Below are positions 25,081 to 33,928 of a stretch of DNA of 42,558 bases, piece by piece; positions within the stretch are counted from its first letter, which is position 1; every line of letters starts with the position of its first letter. A program made the position numbers and the translations under genes. Origin of the DNA: a virus. Lineage: Duplodnaviria; Caudoviricetes. Location: the IMG/VR virus record IMGVR_UViG_3300030376_006202, positions 1-42,558 of that record. One strand, given 5' to 3'. The notes under the pieces are model-generated. The model saw nothing but the letters and a program-made list of their open reading frames with translations. It made no database searches and had not been told where the DNA came from.

Positions 25081-26601
25081 TTAAAACTTAAGATTCGAAA
25101 GTTTCTCTGGAAGTGTGATTCCATAGATCTGTGCAAGCTTGTCAAGAATAATAGTAACTTTATCTGGATTACCGCCGGGACTGTTTGCCTCAAGAATATA
25201 GGTGTTCATTGCTTGAATTAACAAATTAGCGGCACCAATATAATTTTTTGCTGCTTCTTGCTTTGTCATTGTTGCATTTGGAGGCATTGTGTCTTCAAGG
25301 ATTGCCCCTTGGACTTGAGCAAGAACCCCAACAAAAGCATCTTTTGCGGTCCCTGAAATAGTGTCCCCAATCTTTTCTGCATACTCACTAATCTCTGTTG
25401 TTTTTGTTTCATCGAAAAACTCAGAGATGTTTAAGATTTCGTTGAGATCATCTTCGGTATACTGTTCTTGCTGAGCGTAACCATTTGCAAGAGTCATATA
25501 ATTCATAAACAACTCTTGCTCATCTTGGTCTGACATATTCAAGTCGAGAATATTGTATTCTGTTATTGTGCCAAGCTCTTGTCCCATAAACTTAGACAGA
25601 TTATCAATTTCTTGTTTGTTAAGATTGTTATACTCGCCAAGAAGACCCTGCAAGACTGTTGCTGCTGCACTATTGATTTGTGCTGAGTGGACCCCAGATC
25701 CAAACATGCCAGCCATAGCCATTTGGCGATCAATTCCTAACAGTGCTTGTTGCAGTTGAATTGCAGCTTGATCGTCTAATTCTGATTGCGCTGTAGATTT
25801 GTACCCGGCAAGCGTTTCTTCGTACTCTTTAATTTTATCAGAAGTTTCTGTTTTTAAGCCCTCAAGTTCTTCATCTGGAATTCCAGCAGTTCCTTCCGCG
25901 TAACTTTCTGCTGTTTCTAGCATTTGTTCTGATTTTGATCCTTCCAAGCCATGACTTTCTAGCCAAGCCTCAAGATCAGAGCCTTCATCAAAAGGTATAT
26001 TATCAAGACTCTTTGGGTCGCCAACGGGAATACCGTTTGCAATTTCTTGAACCGTACCTGTCTCAGGGTCATACTCGTAGGTAATTCCATCGCCCGCATC
26101 AAAAGTAGTGTCTGGCTCTGTAGTGCTAGACTCAGAAAGAAGCTGTCCACCCGCATCCTGACCGGGAGCAGGCCCAGGACCTCCAGACAAAGACAAGTTT
26201 ACGGCTGGATTAACAGGAGGGAGTGATGTCATGTTTGACAACCCCATAGATTGATTCATCCCTGAGATCTGCCCAGCATCCATTCCAGAAAAGATGTTGT
26301 AGCCTCTTCCCGGTTGCATGGGCATACCTTGGCTTACAACTCGCGTGTCAGGCCCTTTGGGGGTCTGTCTTGCCGCAGGGACTGGCTTTGGCCCCGGCAT
26401 TGTCCCCGGTCTAGGGGCTGGGGGAGATATGGATTGTTGATATGAGCTTCTCCCCTGTTTTGCCACTTGAGGGGCAATTGGCATATTGGGATTAAAGCCA
26501 CCTGTAGCAACATTGTTTCTAGCTGTTTGTTGGGTGCCTGGAGTGGCACCCATGCCAGCGGAGTTACTAGGTCCTTTTGGTAGTTTGTTTTCAGTAGCCA
26601 T
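25081..26601 (-). CDS. internal virion / ejection protein (506 aa)
   Basis: Pro/Gly/Met-rich N-terminus, acidic helical body, AMAGMFGSG motif; synteny. Confidence 0.55.
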   Translation of the reverse strand: MATENKLPKGPSNSAGMGATPGTQQTARNNVATGGFNPNMPIAPQVAKQGRSSYQQSISPPAPRPGTMPGPKPVPAARQTPKGPDTRVVSQGMPMQPGRGYNIFSGMDAGQISGMNQSMGLSNMTSLPPVNPAVNLSLSGGPGPAPGQDAGGQLLSESSTTEPDTTFDAGDGITYEYDPETGTVQEIANGIPVGDPKSLDNIPFDEGSDLEAWLESHGLEGSKSEQMLETAESYAEGTAGIPDEELEGLKTETSDKIKEYEETLAGYKSTAQSELDDQAAIQLQQALLGIDRQMAMAGMFGSGVHSAQINSAAATVLQGLLGEYNNLNKQEIDNLSKFMGQELGTITEYNILDLNMSDQDEQELFMNYMTLANGYAQQEQYTEDDLNEILNISEFFDETKTTEISEYAEKIGDTISGTAKDAFVGVLAQVQGAILEDTMPPNATMTKQEAAKNYIGAANLLIQAMNTYILEANSPGGNPDKVTIILDKLAQIYGITLPEKLSNLKF

Positions 26602-26609
26602 TAGTTCAC

Positions 26610-27206
26610 CTATACGTGTTCTGTTTTCATTCTAGCCGTCACATTTAAGCTAGGAGGGTATGTGGGGTTTGAAGCTGCATTCTGAACAATAACTCGAATG
26701 TAGTCCCCGGCGGCTACACTTTGCCCACTCGTACCGGTAATTGTAATAACTTCAAAGTTAGAAGAAGCGCTTTGGCAGTCATTATTTGTGGTGCTGCCAA
26801 TTTGAGAATAGGTTCCATTAAGAGAGCTAGATTTTTGCAGAAGAAAAGCAAGATTATCTCCTGCTGAAAAAGCACTCTGCGTAACAACAGACACTGTTAC
26901 ATTATCTGTAAATGTTCCGGCAAAAGGAATCCTAATTACACTGCCTAGAGGGGCGTGTATATGGCTTGCTGTGTTTGTTGCTGCTGTTCCAGCAGGAACT
27001 CCACTTGTAAGCGTTGGATACCTTACCCAGCCATCACCATTGTAATTAGCGTGTGCCGTTAAAAGAAACTCTGAATTTGGGTATTTAAGATTGTCGTGTT
27101 CAATGTTTCCATTTAGAACACTAGCAACGGCTCCAAACTTTTTATTATGTAGGTCTGCTGTATGCAGATCTCCATCGCTATCTCCAGAAATTGTAATAAA
27201 TCCCAT
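26610..27206 (-). CDS. short tail fibre/spike-like protein (198 aa)
   Basis: Follows the nozzle gene; N-terminal LNGNIEHDNL adaptor-like segment and Ser/Thr/Gly beta-rich C-terminus. Confidence 0.5.
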   Translation of the reverse strand: MGFITISGDSDGDLHTADLHNKKFGAVASVLNGNIEHDNLKYPNSEFLLTAHANYNGDGWVRYPTLTSGVPAGTAATNTASHIHAPLGSVIRIPFAGTFTDNVTVSVVTQSAFSAGDNLAFLLQKSSSLNGTYSQIGSTTNNDCQSASSNFEVITITGTSGQSVAAGDYIRVIVQNAASNPTYPPSLNVTARMKTEHV

Positions 27207-27215
27207 TTTGCACCT

Positions 27216-29360
27216 TTAAGATTGTTCTCTTTGGGAACCGCCTTTTGCGGTTCCATAAACTCTAACTTCTGAAATATCCACCCTTAATGGCTGACTAGTG
27301 GCTTTTGAGTAAAGATCTGCATAAATAGATCTACCTTCTTCATCCGGTGTATTAACTCTAGCATAAGAATCAAAATATTCAGAAGACATTAAGGGGGATG
27401 AGGTCCCGGTAGGCAAAGACCCCAGTTTCATTGTGTTTAAAGTTGACGTTGTGTTTTCACTAACGCCAATCTGAGAATTAAGAATCGTGTCAGAAAACTC
27501 TACATCTGTTTCAGAGGCATCAAAGTATTTTAAACCTTCGCCCTCAGATCTAACAATTGCCGTAAGCGTTGCGGCTCCTGTTTCTTCTTCTACGTTCTTA
27601 GAAAGCTGACGTCTTCTTACTGCGACATCACTGCATATAACTCTACCATCATGGTCCACACGCCCCACACGACCAAGAGACACTACGAAAGGGTAGTGAA
27701 CAACGGTATTAGATCCAGAGGCAACACCAGCTCTGTTATAAGTCTCAACAATAGCTAGGTCCTGACGCTCAGTCCCAAACTCATAAATAATACATCTGTT
27801 TTCATCTTTAAGCGTTGTTCCAAATAAAGGAACGGAAGGGACGGAAACAAAGAATATTCTCTGCTCACCATTTATCGTGGCCTCAGAAGAACAACCCCAG
27901 TTGTAAAGATTGTAAGATATGTTGTTCATGTCAACATTGGGTCTAGCCGCAGCAGAGTCAGGAAAAGAGCTACCTGGGCTTAAAGATGTGGTTGTATATT
28001 TCGTTTGATCATCAGAGGTCCAAATGCTCCATTTAGCCTCTCCCACACCCTCAAGCATGTCAGAGTAGTTAAACACCCATACCATGTCGTTAGAGATGCC
28101 ACCAAGAGACGTTAAGGACACCATTACCTGCTGCCTTCTCTTGTCATTAACGCAGTGTGCGTTTCTTAACTTCTTTTCATCTACAAAGTAAGGATACGAG
28201 GTGTCTTTGATTCTGGATTCTGTGTACCGAGTAATGTCTGGCTTTCTTCTGGCAAACCAAAGATCATCCATTGCTTTGGAAACACGCTGCACACCACCGC
28301 TGGCTGTAGCTATATAGCAACCATCTGTCGCCACAAAAAATAGATAATTCTTAAAGTAACAGTACGCGTTTGGTCCAGCCAAGCTGACTTCTATTGCTTT
28401 TACTCTTCTTGGTGCTGGGGCCGTTGGGTTTACTATTTTATAAAGAGAGTTCTCTGTAAACACCAGTAGCTCTGTGCCAAGCCCAACCGTTGCAATTATT
28501 GTTTCGTTGCCGAGCCAATAAAACCCACCCGGATCATTGGCTGCAAAACTACTCCAAAGGAACGGCTCTGATAAATAAAGAGCCGCTTGGTCTGTAGTGA
28601 CAATATCTCTCTGAACCCCAATCAATTGCTCTGGAGGGACTGGAGAATCCTTTTCATCCTTCTCTTTAATTGGAAGGCTTACTTTGCAGGCTTTTCTTTT
28701 TTTAAACCCAGATATTACAAGTTGATCATAGAAATAAGATATTGAAGACGGGGCAATGCCATCTAGAAAATATGAAAGGAGGAGGGGAAGAGTTCCCTCC
28801 TCAAAAAAGTTAGCAGTAATTTCAAAGTTGGTGTAGTTGTTATTTCCAAAAGAAGCACTTGTCGCAAGCTGCTCTTTGATTTCTATTCTATAGAAATTTC
28901 CTATCCCATTTGAAAAGTAAACAAATCTCCCGGCTGCCTCAAAAGCGTATTGGTATTCACCCATAGACTTATCTTTAGGCTCTAGATCATATGTTGGTTG
29001 ATTTGAATAAGCATGGTCTAACCCGTAAAAGCTTCGTAGTTGGCCGCCGTCTCCGTAAACAAGAAGATCTATAAAGTCATTAATTGGGTCATGGACAATA
29101 AGAAATAAAAACAACTTATTATCAAAGTAATAAGCAAACATACCTTTTGGCTGACATGGGTTTTGCCCAGTTCCTGAGCCACTTAAATAAGTAGAGGCAT
29201 TTGCAAATATCCTAGACCCCGGTCTTTGTTTTAAAGAGCCGCGATCTGAAAGATCTACATTTAAAAGCAAGCTTGGAGCCCCAGAGGTCTTAACAGTTCT
29301 GGTGTCCATACCTTTAAAAGGAGGGGAGTAGTTAAATATAAGCGGAGAGATTGTAGACAT
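27216..29360 (-). CDS. tail nozzle / stabilisation protein (P22 gp10 / T7 gp12-like position)
   Basis: 714 aa, aromatic beta-strand-rich (propeller-like); follows the adaptor gene. Confidence 0.7.
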   Translation of the reverse strand: MSTISPLIFNYSPPFKGMDTRTVKTSGAPSLLLNVDLSDRGSLKQRPGSRIFANASTYLSGSGTGQNPCQPKGMFAYYFDNKLFLFLIVHDPINDFIDLLVYGDGGQLRSFYGLDHAYSNQPTYDLEPKDKSMGEYQYAFEAAGRFVYFSNGIGNFYRIEIKEQLATSASFGNNNYTNFEITANFFEEGTLPLLLSYFLDGIAPSSISYFYDQLVISGFKKRKACKVSLPIKEKDEKDSPVPPEQLIGVQRDIVTTDQAALYLSEPFLWSSFAANDPGGFYWLGNETIIATVGLGTELLVFTENSLYKIVNPTAPAPRRVKAIEVSLAGPNAYCYFKNYLFFVATDGCYIATASGGVQRVSKAMDDLWFARRKPDITRYTESRIKDTSYPYFVDEKKLRNAHCVNDKRRQQVMVSLTSLGGISNDMVWVFNYSDMLEGVGEAKWSIWTSDDQTKYTTTSLSPGSSFPDSAAARPNVDMNNISYNLYNWGCSSEATINGEQRIFFVSVPSVPLFGTTLKDENRCIIYEFGTERQDLAIVETYNRAGVASGSNTVVHYPFVVSLGRVGRVDHDGRVICSDVAVRRRQLSKNVEEETGAATLTAIVRSEGEGLKYFDASETDVEFSDTILNSQIGVSENTTSTLNTMKLGSLPTGTSSPLMSSEYFDSYARVNTPDEEGRSIYADLYSKATSQPLRVDISEVRVYGTAKGGSQREQS

Positions 29361-30146
29361 CTAGTACTCCCAGCGCATTGAGTCTCTTTGTTGGGGTTGC
29401 TGTCGCTGTCGCTTCTTGCAGCCCATTTTTAGATTAGAATCATATTGGCCAATAATCTCTGCGTAAAGTGCTGCGAGTTGACTGACGTCCTCTCCTTTTG
29501 CACTCTTTGCTTGGATTGCAGCCTTATAGACAATTGCAGGATGAAACTGAGGAAGAAACCCACCTAAAAGATTTTGATCTTCATCAATCAAAGCAGGGAG
29601 TTCATCTGGAGTCCATCGCAAATACATGTAAGTGTCTTCGCTTGGGATTGGCCTTAAAGAAAGCTTTTTGCCCAAGTAATAACCCTGAAAGCCCGAATAA
29701 GAACCACCACCCAGACCAAACGAGCTTGAGATTGTAATTGCTCCTGGTCCTGTCGGATATGGAGTCGAAAAGCTACTGGTTGAAGTAATTCCCGCACCAT
29801 TTCCAGTTGAATCAAGGTTTGTTCTACGCAACATTTGAACCTGAACCGGAAGATTACTAGAGCTTATCTCTTCGTCTTTAGAGGTGATCCCCACGTACCA
29901 TAAAGCCATGGGGAGACCACTTACCTTTTGACTTAAGTCTACATCAGAAGCATTAGCGTCATATGTAAATCTATCTATTGTTTGAAATATCTCAGGCCCG
30001 TAGTTTACCACACGGTGGTACATATCAAGGTTTGCATCACTGAGCAGATCTAAAAGATACTGCTCTGTCCAACCGCCAGAACCATCCACCTTACCACGGC
30101 GTTGCAAATAACCATTTAAGCGACGGATAGCTTCTTTTACGTTCAT
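29361..30146 (-). CDS. head-tail adaptor (P22 gp4 / T7 gp11-like position)
   Basis: N-terminal helices, LSLRPIPS and LPQFHPAIVYKAA motifs typical of podovirus adaptors. Confidence 0.7.
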   Translation of the reverse strand: MNVKEAIRRLNGYLQRRGKVDGSGGWTEQYLLDLLSDANLDMYHRVVNYGPEIFQTIDRFTYDANASDVDLSQKVSGLPMALWYVGITSKDEEISSSNLPVQVQMLRRTNLDSTGNGAGITSTSSFSTPYPTGPGAITISSSFGLGGGSYSGFQGYYLGKKLSLRPIPSEDTYMYLRWTPDELPALIDEDQNLLGGFLPQFHPAIVYKAAIQAKSAKGEDVSQLAALYAEIIGQYDSNLKMGCKKRQRQQPQQRDSMRWEY

Positions 30147-30757
30147 GGCAAAATAATCCTAGAAGATGTCGGTTTATTCCTGTCAAAAGCAGCACCAAAG
30201 TGCTTACCGCCATGGTTTGGTCCGTTTCCATCTGCACCAAGGGTAAAGTTAGCGTCTTCCCCCATAGCTCGTTTCCAGATCCAAAACATATCATCAACAC
30301 GGCCTTGTGCTTCATTCATAGCATCTTTTAATTTTATGTCGTTAGCTTTTTCTTTTTCTCGCTCCATCCTTTCTAACGCAGCGTGACGCCCCTCGCGCCA
30401 GTCAAGAATAAGCATTCTAAGCCCATCTAAGTGGGAGTCGTGCGGAGTGCTATACTCACCGCACTGGCCAACCTTTTCAATTGTCATAATTGTAAAGATA
30501 GGCTTTTCGCCACGATAGGTTGTTGTATTTGGTTTCTGTGCAAAAAGAATCCATTTGTTAATGGACGAACCATCAAAGTTCTTTTCAACAAATCTCAAAT
30601 AAAACTCTTCATCAGGAAGTAGGCCATCAAGAAGATTGGCCCTCCGCTCCCATTCTTCATGGGGAGCGGAGGTTCCATTCCTGACTATGTTTCGGAAATA
30701 ATCCATTTCCTCTCGGATAAGATCATCCCTGTTTTTTAACATAGAAAGCATAGTCAC
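30143..30757 (-). CDS. hypothetical protein in the morphogenesis module (204 aa)
   Basis: Tightly packed late-operon ORF; start uncertain. Confidence 0.7.
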   Translation of the reverse strand: MTMLSMLKNRDDLIREEMDYFRNIVRNGTSAPHEEWERRANLLDGLLPDEEFYLRFVEKNFDGSSINKWILFAQKPNTTTYRGEKPIFTIMTIEKVGQCGEYSTPHDSHLDGLRMLILDWREGRHAALERMEREKEKANDIKLKDAMNEAQGRVDDMFWIWKRAMGEDANFTLGADGNGPNHGGKHFGAAFDRNKPTSSRIILP

Positions 30758-30759
30758 CT

Positions 30760-31284
30760 TTAGTCAGAAAAGCTGTCGCCAGTTACTGGAACAAGGTCAA
30801 CAAAAACAATGAATCGCCCATTGTTACCACTGTCAGTGCCTCCCCGAGTTGCCATAACGCGGTACCCTGTAGATCCACCAATTAAGAAGTTTTCATTTCC
30901 CGCGACAGTAGGATCTAGAAAAGCTCCATCACCATCCATCGTAAGCTCAACCTCAGTGCCTATAGCTGTTGAGTTTGGAACCTTTTTACCTACCTTAACA
31001 AAAGCGTCAGCATCTACCGCAGTTGTGCCATCTTTTTGATAAACACCAACTAGAATATCTTCGCCTTCTGCAAGATAGGTTTCTGTGGCAACAACACGCA
31101 CTCGCGTAACCTGATAGCCGATGTCACTAAGACCAAACCACCCAACTGCCGCAGCAGCAGCAGTGTTTTCGTCAATATCAACAGCCGCCCCAACAGCATT
31201 TCGCAACTGAACAGTAATAGGCCCTTTGAGCGAAGCCTGGTCGCTGGACCCTCGGGGTCCTGTTCTCATTTTATCATTCGCCAT
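30760..31284 (-). CDS. putative capsid decoration protein 2
   Basis: Ala/Gly/Thr/Val beta-rich; GGAG RBS; two genes after the capsid gene. Confidence 0.55.
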   Translation of the reverse strand: MANDKMRTGPRGSSDQASLKGPITVQLRNAVGAAVDIDENTAAAAAVGWFGLSDIGYQVTRVRVVATETYLAEGEDILVGVYQKDGTTAVDADAFVKVGKKVPNSTAIGTEVELTMDGDGAFLDPTVAGNENFLIGGSTGYRVMATRGGTDSGNNGRFIVFVDLVPVTGDSFSD

Positions 31285-31295
31285 TTTATTTCTCC

Positions 31296-31793
31296 TTAAT
31301 CCTTGTATTGAATCTCTGGGGCAAGTTTAACCCAGATACGTCCATGACCAGTACCCGCATGGGCAGCAGTCAACCATCGAAGTTGTTGTCCGGAAAGAAG
31401 CCGAGGCACACCACCTGAATCCAAAAGACCATTTGTTGTATTGTTAAATTCCCATGCAGCAGCCCCACCTTCGGTGGTAGAAACTGTTGCTCCTGCAACA
31501 CCGTTTGCTACATCTGGCCCAGCAAGAACTGGAATAGCTTGTGCTGTAACAAGGTCATTTCCCGCAACCCCAGCAGCCAAGCCAGTAACTAGCTCAATAG
31601 TGATTGTGGTTCCTGCCGCAGTAGTGGCATTTGCTGTAAACCCAGCAGAAAGGATTCGGTAATTCACCCCATCAACAAAAGGCTGATTAGGGAAAATGAC
31701 CCCCGTCGCACTGGTATCAATGTTTACAACATCACTAACAATAAGGACTTCAGCAAGTTCGTTTGAAATATTATGTGCTTTTTGAAAACTCAT
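31296..31793 (-). CDS. putative capsid decoration protein 1
   Basis: Ala/Gly/Thr beta-rich; strong AAGGAGG RBS; immediately after the capsid gene. Confidence 0.6.
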   Translation of the reverse strand: MSFQKAHNISNELAEVLIVSDVVNIDTSATGVIFPNQPFVDGVNYRILSAGFTANATTAAGTTITIELVTGLAAGVAGNDLVTAQAIPVLAGPDVANGVAGATVSTTEGGAAAWEFNNTTNGLLDSGGVPRLLSGQQLRWLTAAHAGTGHGRIWVKLAPEIQYKD

Positions 31794-31804
31794 ATTTCCT
31801 CCTT

Positions 31805-31830
31805 AAAAGGAGGGGGGCCAGAAGCCCCCC
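31805..31830 (-). terminator. hairpin / leaky terminator after the major capsid gene
   Basis: GGGGGGC-TTCTG-GCCCCCC then TCCTTTT on the - strand. Confidence 0.6.
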
Positions 31831-31837
31831 AACTCAA

Positions 31838-33211
31838 TTAAGTTGCGATAAGGCCGGTTGGGACTCGAATGTCCTCTTCACGGGCTTGGCAACGTGGGTT
31901 TTCGCAAACAAGTTCAAACTCATTGTAGGCATACGCTTGGAAAGCGAATGTGCCAGGAATCTGCTTGAAGATAGAACCAGTTGAGGTATCCCAACCGTAG
32001 TCTCCGAGCTTAACCCGTTTCATCGCTGAAGCATCCATAATGGTGTAGCTGTTCAATGGAGCAGACCGTGCGGTCTCCCATGGAATCTGACGTGCACCAT
32101 ATTGGTAAGCAATTGTCGTATGACCCTTAAGAGCCTTAAGGTCTGTCTGCATGTATACAGGATCAATTTCTTGGAGGTAAACCTGAAGCAATGAGTTATG
32201 TGAAAAGATCACAGGGTTCATTTCATCAATGTCTTTAGGTCCAAGATCAGTCATCTGCATCAACAGGTTTGTGATACGCCAGTGATTGAAGTCACGAAGA
32301 ACATCACCATTACGCACAACAAATGAGTGCCATGGGTTGTTCTGTGGCGCAGCAGCAGTACCACGGTTAATTCCGTGGTAAGTACCATTGTCGTTAATTG
32401 CATCAGCAAGACCAGTAATTGTGTTACCCCATTCGTTGCCGTTTGCATCACCCTCTACAATGTAGCGAGTTGCATCACCAGCAGGAATAGCAGTGTCAAC
32501 TTGGAATGTTTGTGCGGCTTGATTTACTACAGTCACAACACAACTTGTTCCAGTATTTCCTGCCAATTGAACGGCATTACCAATCTGAAGCTGCATACCA
32601 ACACGAAGATACCGACATCCAGCGTAAGCATTCATGTAGGTCTTTGTGTTAGACAAAGCAGCATCTGACTCTCGTTGGTTTGCTGTAATGTCAGCACCGG
32701 CTGCCACACCAGCAGCAATTCCTGTCGCAAGAGCAAGCACACCAGAGTTAGGGTTAGTACCGGGAGCACCAGCAGATCCACCCCAATACTTAGGTCCAAT
32801 TCGATTCTTGTGTGAGTTTTTGGCATCAGATACCAACTCATCCATGATCTGTCGGTACATACCGGGCTTCTCATGAGCACGAATCAACTTAGGTCCGGTG
32901 ATCTCCACAATGTCCATGTGGGGGAACAACCGAACAGTAGCCTCATCGTATGATGGTGGGTTGTACACAGGAAGCACAGGTGCTGCTGCTCCAGGTCCAC
33001 CACTAACAAATCGACTACCACTGCCTTCAGCAGTTTTGTAAAGGTAGTACTGAGAGTCTCCTCCGTTCCAATCTTCTGTCGTAATGGAATCAATCCACTT
33101 TTCAACATCATCAACGGAATCAAGAAGCTTAATAATTACATCAGCGTAGGTGTATTGAAATAAATCACTAAACGCCCCCGCTGACGACTGACTGGTCTTT
33201 GGCAATGCCAT
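31838..33211 (-). CDS. major capsid protein (HK97 fold expected)
   Basis: 457 aa after portal and scaffold; ITGLADAI, YHGINR and C-terminal ELVCENPRCQA segments; AGGAG RBS. Confidence 0.85.
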   Translation of the reverse strand: MALPKTSQSSAGAFSDLFQYTYADVIIKLLDSVDDVEKWIDSITTEDWNGGDSQYYLYKTAEGSGSRFVSGGPGAAAPVLPVYNPPSYDEATVRLFPHMDIVEITGPKLIRAHEKPGMYRQIMDELVSDAKNSHKNRIGPKYWGGSAGAPGTNPNSGVLALATGIAAGVAAGADITANQRESDAALSNTKTYMNAYAGCRYLRVGMQLQIGNAVQLAGNTGTSCVVTVVNQAAQTFQVDTAIPAGDATRYIVEGDANGNEWGNTITGLADAINDNGTYHGINRGTAAAPQNNPWHSFVVRNGDVLRDFNHWRITNLLMQMTDLGPKDIDEMNPVIFSHNSLLQVYLQEIDPVYMQTDLKALKGHTTIAYQYGARQIPWETARSAPLNSYTIMDASAMKRVKLGDYGWDTSTGSIFKQIPGTFAFQAYAYNEFELVCENPRCQAREEDIRVPTGLIAT

Positions 33212-33223
33212 CGTATTCTCCTA

Positions 33224-33916
33224 TTAATTTGCGCCCTTCTGACGGCGCAATAAATCTTCAAGAAGATCTCCAGCTTCCTTCGCATTTTCAGGAGCCTTTG
33301 GAAGATCTTCAAACCCAGCAGAAGCAAACATATCGGGAAGCATTGCTTTTCTATCGGCAAGCTCACGACGCTTTCTGTTTTCTTCTGCGACTTTTGATTC
33401 TAACTTGTTAAATTTGCCTACCCTGTCTTGAGCAATCTTTAACGCAATCTCTTTAACATCACCAACAGGTTGGTTAAGAGTTTGTTTTCTTTTTACCTCT
33501 TCAGAAGCGTCAAGCATTACAAGTCGTTCAAAGTCCATAATCCTAGAGGATTCTGGATGCTTATCTTTAAATGCTTTTAATGCTCGATCTACCTCTCGGC
33601 CAGCAGTCTGCTGAAGAGCGTCTGTTGCATATTTTTCTACAAGCTGAATTCTAGGCTCAATTGTTTTAGAAACAATCTGCTCTAGCATAGACTGAATTGA
33701 CGAATCGCTTTGGTTATCCACAAAGCTACTTGTCGTTTCAGGGGTGCCAGTTTGCATAGATTCTAGTTGACCCTTTAGGTACGATTCATTCTGACGAGAC
33801 TCCTCCATAGCCTTATAAGCTTGGCTATAGTAATTTTGAAGTCTTTCGTTTTCTGAACGCATCTCAGATACAACGCCTTGTAGTTCTTTAATTCTTTCGT
33901 CTGCTGTTTTACTCAT
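33224..33916 (-). CDS. capsid scaffolding protein
   Basis: 230 aa, charged, all-helical/coiled coil; between portal and capsid genes. Confidence 0.7.
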   Translation of the reverse strand: MSKTADERIKELQGVVSEMRSENERLQNYYSQAYKAMEESRQNESYLKGQLESMQTGTPETTSSFVDNQSDSSIQSMLEQIVSKTIEPRIQLVEKYATDALQQTAGREVDRALKAFKDKHPESSRIMDFERLVMLDASEEVKRKQTLNQPVGDVKEIALKIAQDRVGKFNKLESKVAEENRKRRELADRKAMLPDMFASAGFEDLPKAPENAKEAGDLLEDLLRRQKGAN

Positions 33917-33928
33917 TACCCTTCCCTG

